The notes under the pieces: model-generated
Seen by the model: the letters and a program-made list of their open reading frames with translations, nothing else
Database searches by the model: none
What the model was told of the DNA's origin: nothing
Made by a program: the position numbers and the translations under genes
Part shown: positions 29,901-40,575 of the stretch, one piece after another
Position numbering within the stretch: position 1 is the first letter of the stretch
Layout of the letters: every line of letters starts with the position of its first letter
Origin: Ostreococcus lucimarinus
Lineage: Eukaryota
Assembly (NCBI GenBank): GCA_000092065.1
Contig: CP000586.1
Length of the DNA stretch: 64,000 nucleotides
Reading direction: 5' to 3' (one strand)

Positions 29901-30677
29901 CTTTCCCAAACCCATCTCGTCGCCCAAAATGACGTTGCGTCCGCGGCAATAATTATTCACCATCCACTCGAAGCTCGTCACTTGGTACTCGCGCAGCGCC
30001 ATGTTGTTCTGAAACTCCGGTGGCACCGGCTTGCCGTGTGGCATTTCCGTGCGTTCGAAAAATTCTGGCTTGGAAAATCGCCAATACCGCGCCACCTGCG
30101 CCTCGTCCACCGGAGTCGCTAAACTTTCGCTCGCTTCCCACGTCGCCGCCGCGTACCCGAGCCCGCACCACTTGACCAAATACTCCACCGAACCCTCCGA
30201 TTCGCCGTCTCTGTGCGCGATGACGCGATCGATGACGTCATACATCGCCGGATACGGCGCGTCCTGCGCCTCGACGCCGTGATGCTTGCGCAGAAACGTC
30301 TTCAGCTTGTGCGGCGCCTCCCGCTGGAGCGTCTCCTCGATTTCCCACGAGCATCGTCTATGGCTCACGCCTTCCCACTTCACGCAAAATTCCAACGTCG
30401 ACGTCACCGTTCCATCTCCGTCTTTCATCGCGCGACAGTACACTATTTTTTCCACCACGTCCCGATCGATCTCGTCGTCGTCTTCACCGCCCGCGTCCGC
30501 GTCGTCGTCCTCGCTCGCGCTCGTCATCAATTCGTCGTCGTCGTCCGAGTCCACCTCCTTGAACGCGCCGCGCGCCGCGCGCGCCGTCGCCCGTCGCGGT
30601 CGTCCTCGGACGTCCTCCGCGACGTCATCGCCATCGAGCGACGATAACGATTCGTCCGACGTTTCGCTCGCATCGCT

Positions 30678-30721
<44 letters not shown>

Positions 30722-30947
30722 TCGGTTCCGACGCGCTCGACCGCGCGTCATCGTCTGCGTCTTCGTCGTCGCTCGTCCACGTCTTCGCGCGCGCTGAACC
30801 GTCGACACGACGACGGACGGCAGCGGCATCGCGTTCATCGATCGCGTCGCGCGCGTCGTACGCGAACGCCTCGAACGGCGGATTCATGCGTCGTCGTGTG
30901 CGACGCGACGCGAATCGAATTTGAAATCGCGTCTGAGAGTCGGACAT
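26907..30947 (-). CDS. CHD: CHD-type chromodomain-helicase-DNA-binding chromatin remodeler (CHD1-like)
   Basis: Tandem chromodomains (EFCVKWEGVSHRRCSWE; EYLVKWCGLGYAAATWE). SNF2 ATPase (ILGDEMGLGKT, DEAHKLKN) with helicase C domain. Poly-D tracts. Track ORF extends to 31367 across the promoter; the start is taken as ATG 30947 (MSDSQTRF), with ATG 30887 (MNPPFE) as an alternative. Confidence 0.85.
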
Positions 30948-30954
30948 TCGGCGC

Positions 30955-30980
30955 GTGTACAAACGTATGTACAAACAGTG
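30955..30980 (-). promoter_or_regulatory. Promoter motif CACTGTTTGTACATACGTTTGTACAC (minus strand), ~8 nt upstream of the CHD ATG, inside a GTAC-core cluster
   Basis: The reverse complement of 30955-30980 matches the recurring motif. Five GTAC cores lie between 30955 and 31030. Confidence 0.5.
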
Positions 30981-31110
30981 AAGACATATATACCACGAAT
31001 GTACACCAGTGTACGTATTGTGTGTACACGCACGCCCATATCGCGCGCGCGCGCGAACCGTCGTTTCGCGCGCGTCGACGTCGCGAGGCGACGGCACTCG
31101 CCGTCGCGCG

Positions 31111-32670
31111 ATGCGCGCGCGCGCGACGCCGCGCGCGCCCGCCGCGCGCGCGACGTCCGCGGCGCGCGCGCGACTCGGACGCGCGGCGCCGACGCGACCC
31201 GCGCGCGACGCGCGCGAACGCGACGCGCGACGGCGACCGAAGACGCCATCGCGACGACGACCGAAGACGCGCGCGGTCGTCGACGCGCGCGAACGACCGC
31301 GGGGCGCGGGGCGCGGCGCGCGAACGTGGGACGACGCGGACGCGACGCGAGAGGTCGGGACGAGCACGACGGCGCAGGCGCGCGCGAACGCGGTGAATAT
31401 CTTGCTCGGCGTGGGGACGCTGAGCGTGCCGTACGCGCTGCGCGAGGCGGGATGGAGCGGATTGGGGGTGCTGATGACTTTGGGGGTGGTGACGAATTAT
31501 ACGGGGAAGATTTTGATCAAGTGTCAGCGGCGAGGGAGCCTGCCGGCGAATGAACGGTCGGTCGACGTGAGAAACGCGGCGGAGCTCGCGATGAACACCG
31601 GAGTGTGCGGCGATGAATTTTGCGCGGATGTGGACTACGACGACGCGCGGTTTCGGGCGATGCGATCGCCTCGTCGGGCGTTGATGTCGTACGAGGACAT
31701 CGGAGAGGCCGCGTTCGGGGTGAACGGGCGGAATTTCATCACGTTCGTCTTGTACACGGAGCTGATTGGCACCGCAGGCTTGTTTTTCATTCTCGAGGGC
31801 GATCATCTGGCGAAGCTTTTCCACATGCAAGGTAAAGAGGAACTCTTTTCCGCATGCGCGGCGCTCGCGATGGTGCCAACGACGTGGCTGTTAGATTTAT
31901 CCAGCCTGTCGTACGTCGGCGCGCTCGGCTTGTGCGCTTCGGTGAGCGTCACCGGCGTGATGCTGTACGAATTATTTAGCCAAGTCATATCGACCGGAGA
32001 GTTGCCTCGGGCGGCAGCCGAGACGGCGATGATACATTACTCTACGTTTCCCGTGAGCTTTGGCCTTTTGGCTTTCGTGTTCGCCGGTCACGCGGTGTTT
32101 CCCGCGATTTACGCGAGCATGGAGAAGCCGGAAGAGTACGAGGAGATGCTCGACAATTCTTACGCCATCGTGGCCTTGAACTGTCTCGCGCTCGGCGTTG
32201 CGGGATACTGCTTATATGGCGACAACGTTGCTGATCAAGTCACCCTGAACCTTCCAGCGGGATCGCTCGCCACACTCGCGTTCGCGTTGATTACTGTGAA
32301 CCCGTTGGCGAAATTCGCGCTGACTTTGGATCCCGTCGCCAAGGGCGCCGAAGAAAAACTCAAGCTCCGCGTCAAGGAGTCCAGCAAAGATGCATTCATC
32401 TCTCGGCTTGTTCGTACCACGCTCGGCGTCACTGCGCTCGGTATCGCCGTCAAGCTTCCATTTTTTGGCGTCGGCATGTCGCTCATCGGCAGCGTGTTGA
32501 CGCTCACCGTCTCTGTACTGTTTCCATCGCTGTGCTATCTCCGCATGTTCGACGACGACATCGACGACGCCGAGAAACTCATCAACTACGCGATATTAGC
32601 CATCGGCACCGCGTGCGTCGTTTCCGGCACCGCTGGCGCGCTCGACTCCGCCTTCGCCGTCGCCGCGTAA
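31111..32670 (+). CDS. Amino acid transporter (Aa_trans/AVT-like), ~11 TM
   Basis: Aa_trans-type multi-TM profile through to FPSLCYLRMF. Track ORF opens at 31009, upstream of the promoter motif, so the likely start is ATG 31111 (MRARATPR). Confidence 0.7.
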   Translation: MRARATPRAPAARATSAARARLGRAAPTRPARDARERDARRRPKTPSRRRPKTRAVVDARERPRGAGRGARTWDDADATREVGTSTTAQARANAVNILLGVGTLSVPYALREAGWSGLGVLMTLGVVTNYTGKILIKCQRRGSLPANERSVDVRNAAELAMNTGVCGDEFCADVDYDDARFRAMRSPRRALMSYEDIGEAAFGVNGRNFITFVLYTELIGTAGLFFILEGDHLAKLFHMQGKEELFSACAALAMVPTTWLLDLSSLSYVGALGLCASVSVTGVMLYELFSQVISTGELPRAAAETAMIHYSTFPVSFGLLAFVFAGHAVFPAIYASMEKPEEYEEMLDNSYAIVALNCLALGVAGYCLYGDNVADQVTLNLPAGSLATLAFALITVNPLAKFALTLDPVAKGAEEKLKLRVKESSKDAFISRLVRTTLGVTALGIAVKLPFFGVGMSLIGSVLTLTVSVLFPSLCYLRMFDDDIDDAEKLINYAILAIGTACVVSGTAGALDSAFAVAA

Positions 32671-32734
32671 CCGACGCCGCCTGCTGTAAATTCACCATTC
32701 AGTTACGCACCGCACTGCGCCGCGCGCGCGCGCG

Positions 32735-34255
32735 ATGCGTCACCCACGCGCGGCGGCGCGGCTCTACGCGTGCTTCGCGTGCTTCGCGTGCGCCACGTTC
32801 GCGCGCGCGCGCGCCATCGACGACGCCGCGCGCGCGACGACGATGGATTACATGCGCGCATCGACGTTCGACGACGACGATTGGCGCACCGGGAGCGCCG
32901 ACGTGACGTCGCTGATACGGTATAATAACCACGCGCGTCGATATCTGCACGCGTGCGCGCCGACCGAGGCGTGGGACGCGGCGGGACGGTTTCTCTCGTC
33001 GCTCGATTGGGCGCTGGCGGGGGACGACGGCAACGCGAACGTGCTGCACGAGTTTAACGATTTACCGACGGTGAAGCACCTGGACGTGAGCCTGCGGATG
33101 GATTATCACGCGAGCGCGAAGAATGGAAATCTGCGGAGGTTGGCGATGTGCGACGCGGCGGCGGGACGAGGAGGCGGTGATGCGTGGTGCATGGGATTGG
33201 AACGGTCGAGCGCGTTCGCAAGACATCGGCGATGGTGGCGAAGGTTGAGCGAGGAATACGAGGATGGGCGACATCCGTATTGGTTGAGTGAGTACATGGA
33301 GTTTGATATGAGCAAGGGGGAGATCGATCCGACGGCGAGCGTGTTTCTGGAGCACTTGCCGGAGAACACGGGGCGTCACGACGAGTACGTCCCGGCGTTG
33401 CGCGAATACTTTAAAGCCATCGAAGCGCGCGTGCCGCCGAGGTTGTATGACAACGTGCAGCGTGTGATCGATTTGGTGACGGGAGAAGGGTTTGACACTT
33501 CTATCTGGGCGGCAGGGATAATGTTCAGTCGTTCAGTCGCGGCAAAAGATGATGGCAAAATTGACAGCGTGCGGTTGTTGATTCATTTCAATCGCCACGA
33601 CAAAGAAGCGACGAAGGAGGGCGATGAAGATGATGACGACGGGTACAGGAGCGAGAAGACTCGTCAAATGGTGCAGTTCCTCGAGATTTTGCATTGGGAC
33701 GGAGACTTCGACGAGTTCGATCGCATCGACGATTATTTCTTGGACGACGGCGGCGTCGGATCCGTCCTGCAAGTCGACGTTCTCTCTCGAGCGCCGACGG
33801 ATAACGCGCCCTCCATCATAGGCTCGCGCGTGGGCGTCGAAATCACCGTCGGTACCGTCCACGGTAAGAACAAGAACATCATGCCTAGGCTCGGTACGCT
33901 CGTCAGCGAGGGCTTAGCCGATGACGCGTGGTGGCAAAACTTCACCGGCGCTCTATGTGCCAAAGGCAGACCGCCTACCGACGCGGCAAACGCATTCTCC
34001 GTACTACGTCGTCCGTGTGTCGTCAAGCGCCGCACGGCCGCGGATAAGCGTGAATTGCGCAAACCCGACGGCTCGGGATTGCTTCCCATGCTCGCCATCG
34101 CCGCGAGCCACGTCAAATTCATCGTCCAGCCCGGTCGGCCTCTGTACGCGAAGACGTACGTCGTGACCCAACACTCGATGCGTCACTGTCTCAACACCGT
34201 CGCGTACAAGACCACCCCACGCGGCTTACCCGAGTATTCACTGTGTGTTAAATAG
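32735..34255 (+). CDS. hypothetical protein with a signal-peptide-like N-terminus (506 aa)
   Basis: Single long ORF. Hydrophobic N-terminus (LYACFACFACATFARA). No family recognised. Confidence 0.4.
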   Translation: MRHPRAAARLYACFACFACATFARARAIDDAARATTMDYMRASTFDDDDWRTGSADVTSLIRYNNHARRYLHACAPTEAWDAAGRFLSSLDWALAGDDGNANVLHEFNDLPTVKHLDVSLRMDYHASAKNGNLRRLAMCDAAAGRGGGDAWCMGLERSSAFARHRRWWRRLSEEYEDGRHPYWLSEYMEFDMSKGEIDPTASVFLEHLPENTGRHDEYVPALREYFKAIEARVPPRLYDNVQRVIDLVTGEGFDTSIWAAGIMFSRSVAAKDDGKIDSVRLLIHFNRHDKEATKEGDEDDDDGYRSEKTRQMVQFLEILHWDGDFDEFDRIDDYFLDDGGVGSVLQVDVLSRAPTDNAPSIIGSRVGVEITVGTVHGKNKNIMPRLGTLVSEGLADDAWWQNFTGALCAKGRPPTDAANAFSVLRRPCVVKRRTAADKRELRKPDGSGLLPMLAIAASHVKFIVQPGRPLYAKTYVVTQHSMRHCLNTVAYKTTPRGLPEYSLCVK

Positions 34256-34494
34256 CCATTCGTAAATAGTCCCGCGCCATCGCGTCGCGCATCGGCCCGT
34301 TTCGCGCCGCTCGTCTCCGCGCGTGGCGTCGCCGCGGCGCCTCGTTCGAGTCTTCACAACCGCGCGCGCCGCGATCGCCCGTGTTTCGTCCGCGCGCCGC
34401 GCGAACGCTCGATATCTATCGCGCGCGCGTTCTCCGCGCGTCCTGACGCGCACGAACGCGTCGCGCGCGTCGAACGACGTGAATCGTTCGCGCC

Positions 34495-37308
34495 ATGATT
34501 CCATCCTCCGAACGCGCGAGCGAACGCCTGACGAGCATCTTGAGCAACGCCGAGTGGGTCACGCGACGGAACGAGCGCGGTGGTGATCATTACATCGCGC
34601 GCGAACGCGTCGGACGCGAGTCGAGGGATGACTCGACGAAGTCTGTGTGGACGGGGTCGCTGTCGATGAGTCGACGAGGTCGACCGCTGGCGAACGAGAC
34701 GCGACCGAACGAAACAGTGGACGAAACCGTCGGCACGGCGATGAAATCGACGTTTGGAAGCGGAAATCTAGAATACATAGGAGCGAGCTCGGCGCAGGCG
34801 AGCGATGCGGATGTGTCTGATGGGGAAGAGCGAGTGCCTTCGACGTCGACGAGACTGGCGGGACGGACGAGTCAAACGATCGATGATTTAAGTAATTTAG
34901 TGCAGTCGAGGACGATCACATGCCAGTTAGTGGCGCAAGCGCCACCTACGGGGGCGAATATTCCAGGGACGGCGCGGGGCGAGGGATTCGCGCGGGCGAG
35001 CGCGGCGGGGAACGCGCTGCCAGAAATAGTGCACGCCGAGTGCGTGGCGCCCGGGGACGATGATTGGCCGGATGTTTGGGATCCCATAGCGTTGTTGCGA
35101 CTGTATCCACTCTCAGCGCATCACGTGACGCCGTTTCATCAGATACACGCTACGTTGACGGATTGCAGAGATGATGCGGCGAAGGACGCCGAGGGCGGAG
35201 AACCCGTGCCAGCGGCGGCGCGCATGGACCTTCCGGATGGTTACGTCGTCTTTATCGTTTCCGACACGGGCTTGCCAGATATCGTGCGCGATGCCGTGGG
35301 GCCGACGAGTGGGAGCACGAAACGTAAGACGGATGAGTCGAAGAAACCAAAGCCGTTGTGGGCGATCATTCAAAGCATCGTTCCGCTCGTCGCGCCGCAG
35401 CCGCCGGCTTCGGTGCCCACGCCAGACTTGAAACCGACGCGTGGGATCCTTCGGGGTTGGGTACCGCCGCCGAAAGAACCGGCGATTGACGAAACGAACA
35501 ACATGGGTCTCGGGCACGCGGCGGAAGAGCAGGAGGGCGTGCGTATGCCCGAGGAACTCTCGGGTGTACACCCAGCCGCGGAGACAACGGACGAAGAGAA
35601 ATCTTTGAGTTCGGCGCACGAGATGACGAGTGGAGTCGAACGCGAGGGTATGGGCACCGTGACTCCGGTTGTGAGCGAAGAAACGAGCGAGTTAACGTCG
35701 GGCACATCTGAGATAGATAGAGTGACGATCAAGATTGGCGGCGATGACGAACTAGACGACTGGCTTTCGCCGCCGCTCGCGCGGCGTAAACGTAAGTCTA
35801 TCGCCGGCCCATCGTCTGGATCTGGGTCTGATGGCGAAAACTCTGACGACTCATCCGGGCGCGAATTTGCCAAACTGAAACGCACAGCGACGTCGCCGAC
35901 GGCGTCGCCGAGCTCGTCTGAAGGCGAAGAAGACAGAGTTCCGATGGAGGGTCAACACGAGATTCCGACGAGCGCGGCAGCGATCGCGCAAGTCATCTCG
36001 CCCGAACAACGCGTACCGTGCATTCCTCTCACTGGCTTGCGTTATATGCTCCTAGGATTCGAAGTCAATCACCCGCATGTGGTTTTCTTGATCAAGTCAC
36101 TCGCCGACGAGGGCGCCGTGTACGTGAGCGACGCAAAGCCAGAAGAAGTCGACTTGATCGTCGTTCACCCGCCATTTTTGCAGCTCTTATCCGCGCCTCA
36201 GTTTCCAGTGCACGTTTCAGATTTCATTAGAACCAGGCACACTCGGTTTGCGCTCGGCTTGCGCCATCTGGAACTTTGCTTGGAGTACAAGCGCAGGCTT
36301 GATCCGCGACTTGAAACCGCAGAGGTTTTCCCCGAAGGTGTCCTGGTTGTCATGGACGATAGTGCGTTGACGAATGACGAAGACGCTTTACATCGAGTTG
36401 TACGCCTACTCGCGCAAGCTGCCGCGGCAAGCGCTGCCGCTGCCGCGGCGAAAGGCATATTTCACTACGGACAAGACGGGAATCGCGAGAATCCACCTTG
36501 GCCGTGGGCTATTAAAGTCGCCAACAGCACGATCCAGAAGCTCATGATGACCAAGCTACGTACGATGCAAACTAACACGGAGAAGGCGTGGAAGATTGAG
36601 ACTATGATCAAGGCCTTGCACGCGTACAAGCACGCTGGCGATCGAGCTGGAAGAGGCGCGAGAGTGATGGGTATTACGTGGGAGGAAGCGTCGCACCAGC
36701 CCGTGGAAGATCCACCGCAAGCGGTGCGCGATGCGGTCAAAATAGCTTCGCGTCACGTATCTATGTGTCGGGCTGTGTTTTTAGTGAGCGAAGACCCGAA
36801 GACACTCGCCGCGGCGAAAGGGCACACGAGCATCCTGTCTGGCTCTGCGAACGACGCCTGCGACTTTTTGACGCAACTCGTTCGCGAGATGTGGGCAGAG
36901 ACCAAAGCGGCGCGAACGGGCATGAACGTGCACGACAGTAATTTGCGTAAAGCAATGTCGGTGAGCGAACCTTCCGCGAGCGAAGTCGTCTCCGATGCGC
37001 AGCACTCGATGAAGCTAGCGGACGTCGAGGACGAAGTCACCGGCGGCGGTCTCGGGCAAAAGCTAACAACGAAAAAAGTTGTCAAGTTCCCTACCATGAT
37101 CGATGACGGTGGTCAAAGCACGCGCAGTCGCGGTCGATATAGTCCGCCGCCTTCGCCCACGCGCACGAACTCCGGACGCACGGGCGAAGATACGAGTAAA
37201 GATACGAGTAAGACGTCGACGGGCGACGCCCCGACCGACGGCGAAGAAACCGCGCAGTCGCCCATCGTGACGCCTCATAAGAAGCTTTGGCGACGTCGGC
37301 GAGTGTGA
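34495..37308 (+). CDS. hypothetical 937-aa protein with a possible BRCT-like segment
   Basis: Single ORF with S/T/E-rich disordered regions. The segment VPCIPLTGLRYMLLGFEVNHPHVVFLIKSLADEGAVYVSDAKPEEVDLIVVHP resembles a BRCT fold pattern (weak). Confidence 0.4.
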   Translation: MIPSSERASERLTSILSNAEWVTRRNERGGDHYIARERVGRESRDDSTKSVWTGSLSMSRRGRPLANETRPNETVDETVGTAMKSTFGSGNLEYIGASSAQASDADVSDGEERVPSTSTRLAGRTSQTIDDLSNLVQSRTITCQLVAQAPPTGANIPGTARGEGFARASAAGNALPEIVHAECVAPGDDDWPDVWDPIALLRLYPLSAHHVTPFHQIHATLTDCRDDAAKDAEGGEPVPAAARMDLPDGYVVFIVSDTGLPDIVRDAVGPTSGSTKRKTDESKKPKPLWAIIQSIVPLVAPQPPASVPTPDLKPTRGILRGWVPPPKEPAIDETNNMGLGHAAEEQEGVRMPEELSGVHPAAETTDEEKSLSSAHEMTSGVEREGMGTVTPVVSEETSELTSGTSEIDRVTIKIGGDDELDDWLSPPLARRKRKSIAGPSSGSGSDGENSDDSSGREFAKLKRTATSPTASPSSSEGEEDRVPMEGQHEIPTSAAAIAQVISPEQRVPCIPLTGLRYMLLGFEVNHPHVVFLIKSLADEGAVYVSDAKPEEVDLIVVHPPFLQLLSAPQFPVHVSDFIRTRHTRFALGLRHLELCLEYKRRLDPRLETAEVFPEGVLVVMDDSALTNDEDALHRVVRLLAQAAAASAAAAAAKGIFHYGQDGNRENPPWPWAIKVANSTIQKLMMTKLRTMQTNTEKAWKIETMIKALHAYKHAGDRAGRGARVMGITWEEASHQPVEDPPQAVRDAVKIASRHVSMCRAVFLVSEDPKTLAAAKGHTSILSGSANDACDFLTQLVREMWAETKAARTGMNVHDSNLRKAMSVSEPSASEVVSDAQHSMKLADVEDEVTGGGLGQKLTTKKVVKFPTMIDDGGQSTRSRGRYSPPPSPTRTNSGRTGEDTSKDTSKTSTGDAPTDGEETAQSPIVTPHKKLWRRRRV

Positions 37309-37365
37309 TATATGAATCATTTGTACATTATACGACTAGTTGCATGTTTGACACCACCGTGTCCT

Positions 37366-38481
37366 CTAATCAGCGAAGAGATAGTCGAGCAGGGGCGCGA
37401 CGCACGCCACGCTCATCGAGTTGCCCAAAAGCGTGTACTTTTGACGAGTGGTCAAGTTCGACGGCCACGCGAAATCATTCGGAAGTGAGTGCAACCGTGC
37501 GACCTCATCGACGGTAAAATATCTTAAACGTACGTCGCTCGCGCCATCGCCCATGCGCCCGTCCCACGTAGCCTTGTCGACGCTTTGATTTGCCACGACG
37601 GATCCCGTGCCTTTGACGTATTTGTAGTAACTCTTTGTGAAGCAGTTGCACGTCGTGTCTTCAGCGGTGACTATGTCTATGCTACCCTTGGCGCGATCCA
37701 CGTCATCCTGCTTGACCGCGTTCGCGCGCCAAATATCATCGGTTGCACGATCCAGAAACCTCGAGAGCGGCGCGACGACGACGTCGGCGTCCCTGACGTC
37801 GTCGAAATCCGGAATCCACTCCCTGCGATGCGACAGCTTGCTCGGCGGAGGCGAGCGTCGTATCTCGTCCACGCCGTCCTCAAACGCGCGCGTCGAACGG
37901 GCGAGCATGAAATATCTCGGCCGACTGTAAGGCACGCCGAACATGGTCGGTGTGAGTATGAACTCTTGCGCGTGGAACGCCGACGCGGAGAGCGCGTCTC
38001 GCAGCGCGTCTCGCATGCGACTCGTCTCGAATCCCACCACGTTCTCGACGAACACGTACTTCGGCCGCGCGCTCGCATCCATCTTCACCATCTCGTCCAC
38101 CAACCGCATGAAGCTCTCCGCGCGCCCATCGTCGACGTCCAACTTTAACCCCGCGCGCGTGAACGGTTGACACGGCGGCGACATCGCCCACGCCTCCGCC
38201 TTCGTCTTCACCAGCGTCTCCATCGCCACGCTCACCAAGCTCTTCTGCGACGGTCGCGTCCCATAATTCATCGCGTACGCGTCGCACGCGTTCGGATTCA
38301 CGTCGTACGCGCCGCACACCTCCGCTTCGTCGCCTCGCGCGCGTCGCAGCGCCGCGTGCATGACGCCGACGCCGCAGTACATCTCCAGCACTCGCAATTT
38401 CCCGCCCCTCCGCGTCCTCGCCGTCGCGCCGTCGCGCGTCCCGTCGTCTTCATCGTCTCTCGCGCGCGTTCGCTTCGTCAT
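37366..38481 (-). CDS. DNMT2: DNMT2/TRDMT1-type tRNA (cytosine-5) methyltransferase
   Basis: Motif I (LEMYCGVGV), motif IV (PPCQPFTRAG) and motif VI (ENVVGF). Length ~370 aa, typical of DNMT2. Confidence 0.8.
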   Translation of the reverse strand: MTKRTRARDDEDDGTRDGATARTRRGGKLRVLEMYCGVGVMHAALRRARGDEAEVCGAYDVNPNACDAYAMNYGTRPSQKSLVSVAMETLVKTKAEAWAMSPPCQPFTRAGLKLDVDDGRAESFMRLVDEMVKMDASARPKYVFVENVVGFETSRMRDALRDALSASAFHAQEFILTPTMFGVPYSRPRYFMLARSTRAFEDGVDEIRRSPPPSKLSHRREWIPDFDDVRDADVVVAPLSRFLDRATDDIWRANAVKQDDVDRAKGSIDIVTAEDTTCNCFTKSYYKYVKGTGSVVANQSVDKATWDGRMGDGASDVRLRYFTVDEVARLHSLPNDFAWPSNLTTRQKYTLLGNSMSVACVAPLLDYLFAD

Positions 38482-38878
38482 CGCGCGCGCGCTCGAGCGT
38501 CCGCGCCGCCGCGCGTCGCTTCAGCGGTTCGTTAAAAATGTAAAACCCGCTCGCGACGCCCACGCACGCGGCGACGAGCGGCGGGCCGATCCCGCCGCCG
38601 CGCGACGCGCGGCCGAACAGCGCGCGTCCCGGGAGCATGCGGCGCGCGCGCGCGCGTCGAGCGTCGTCGGGCGGCGCGCGTCGCGGTCTGCGGCGCGCGT
38701 CGTATACGAACGCGACGAACCGCCATCACTCGAAACCCTAACGCGGCGCGAAGATAAAGACTGACGTCAGCGCCATCGTTATCCGACGGCGACGGCGACG
38801 GCGACGCGCGCCACACGCCGACGCGACGCGCGCCGACGAACGCCGCGCTCGACCGCGCGAACGACCACCGCGCGCGCC

Positions 38879-39565
38879 ATGCTCGCCCAACGCCACGCCG
38901 CGAGCGCCGCGGGCGCGCGCGCGCCGCTCGCGCGAAACGCGACGACGCGACGCGCGACGACGCGACGCGGCGCGCTCGTCGTCCGCGCGCAAGAGATCAG
39001 CGCGAGCGTCGATAAGCCGCTGGGATTGACGCTGAAGGAGCGCGGCGACGGTCGACCGGGGGTGCAGATCGCGCAGTGCAAGGGGAACGCGTCGAAGGCG
39101 GGGCTGAAGGCGGGGGACATCGTCAAGTACCACTCGTCGTTTTTCGGCGACGAGCTGTGGCCGGCGGACGCGCTGGCGTTCTCGCGAAGCGCGATCTCGG
39201 CGTGCCCGAACACGGTTGATTTTGTCGTCGTGCGAGGCGGTCAAGGGGCGGACTTTGACGTGAAGCGGTTGCCGAAGCGACCGGCGCCGCCGAAGTTTGG
39301 CCGCAAGTTGACGGCGGCGCAAAAGGAAAGAGCGTCGCACATTTGCGTGGATTGCGGGTACGTGTACACGCTGCCGACGGCGTTTAGCGAGCAACCGAAG
39401 AGCTATATTTGCCCGCAGTGCAACGCGCCGAAGAGTCGGTTCGCGCCGTACGACGTCGAGACGGGACGCGCGAAGGGTGGGGGCTTATCCACGCCCTTGA
39501 TCACCGTCGCGTCCACCGTCATCGGTCTCGGCGGCATCGCGTTCTTATTGAAGGATTTGCTCTAG
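38879..39565 (+). CDS. ENH1: ENH1-like chloroplast protein: transit peptide, PDZ-like domain, rubredoxin domain and a C-terminal TM anchor
   Basis: PDZ-like segment GLTLKERGDGRPGVQIAQCKGNASKAGLKAGDIV. Rubredoxin CVDCGYVY...CPQCNAPKSRF. C-terminal TM segment ITVASTVIGLGGIAFLL. Confidence 0.7.
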   Translation: MLAQRHAASAAGARAPLARNATTRRATTRRGALVVRAQEISASVDKPLGLTLKERGDGRPGVQIAQCKGNASKAGLKAGDIVKYHSSFFGDELWPADALAFSRSAISACPNTVDFVVVRGGQGADFDVKRLPKRPAPPKFGRKLTAAQKERASHICVDCGYVYTLPTAFSEQPKSYICPQCNAPKSRFAPYDVETGRAKGGGLSTPLITVASTVIGLGGIAFLLKDLL

Positions 39566-39685
39566 AGAGCGCCGATCGAAAGGAAACGGACGCGAAATAA
39601 TGTAATTCGTCATCAATTTTGTCGTCGTTTCAACGAACGCTAGTCTATAAACTAATCGCCGCGCGCGCGCGCGGCTTCGCTGATT

Positions 39686-40543
39686 TCACGTCGCGGCGTC
39701 CGCGACGGCGTCTTCAACCACCGACGGTTCGCGCACCGAATCGAGGGTTCGCTCCGGTTTAGATTTCTTCGGAAACTCGACCGCCGTCTCGGCCGCGGGA
39801 AGCGCGCAGAAAGCCGCGCACGCGGCATCCACGTCGTCTTGAAATCGACATCGCCGCACTATTCGAAATCCTTCCTCCTTCGTCGGCGGCGCGTTATCCT
39901 TCCCACGCATCTGCAACTGCACCACGCGCACCGAGCTCTCCCCCTGCACGCCTCCCGGATGATTCGTCCGCATCCGCACGCGCTGCTGATACACCGACAC
40001 CGGCTGATTAAACCAAACCGCTCGCAGCTCGCACGGCGGCCGCGCCTCGCGCGCGAGCGCCACGAAATCCGCTCTCTGCTGCCGACTCAGCCCGCACCGA
40101 TCGATCACCACGTGCTTACCCTCCTCCAGCGCTCGTTTCGCCACTCGCACGCACTGTTGCCTCGTCCCACGCTTCCCGTTCGACACCGTGTCTTGGTTCG
40201 CCGTCGTCCACCGCTCGCGCGGCAACCGCGCCGAAAACGTCGACTTTCCCGCCCCGCTCGGTCCGACGAGCACGAGCACCACGGGCGCGCGCGGCGCGCG
40301 CTCGAACATCGTCGCCACCGCGCCCTCGCGCGTCGTCGCCGCCGCGTCGCGCCGTTTCACCGGCGCCCAGCCTCCGTCGTCGTCCCGCGCGAGGACGTCG
40401 TCATCGCGCGCGCGCGTCGCGCTCTCGCGCGCGCGCTCGCGCGCCATCGCGCGACCGACGTCGTCGCGCGCGCCGCGCCGCGCCGACGGTCGATCGCGTC
40501 GCGTCGCGCGCGCGAGCGCGCGCGCGGTGCAGTGACGGCACAT
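39686..40543 (-). CDS. P-loop kinase-like protein (PNK/zeta-toxin/AAA_33-like)
   Basis: Walker A LVGPSGAGKST followed by VVIDRCGL...RADF. Start uncertain; ATG 40447 (MARERARESA) is a candidate. Confidence 0.5.
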   Translation of the reverse strand: MCRHCTARALARATRRDRPSARRGARDDVGRAMARERARESATRARDDDVLARDDDGGWAPVKRRDAAATTREGAVATMFERAPRAPVVLVLVGPSGAGKSTFSARLPRERWTTANQDTVSNGKRGTRQQCVRVAKRALEEGKHVVIDRCGLSRQQRADFVALAREARPPCELRAVWFNQPVSVYQQRVRMRTNHPGGVQGESSVRVVQLQMRGKDNAPPTKEEGFRIVRRCRFQDDVDAACAAFCALPAAETAVEFPKKSKPERTLDSVREPSVVEDAVADAAT

Positions 40544-40575
40544 CGTCGCGGTGCCATCGCGTCGCGCGCGACGCG

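Noticed and set aside
30948-31367. N-terminal 140-aa extension of the CHD ORF across the intergenic promoter
   Set aside because: The extension translates the AT-rich promoter motif and GTAC cluster (..YTGVHSWYICLHCLYIRLYT..). The real start is the ATG at 30947 or 30887.
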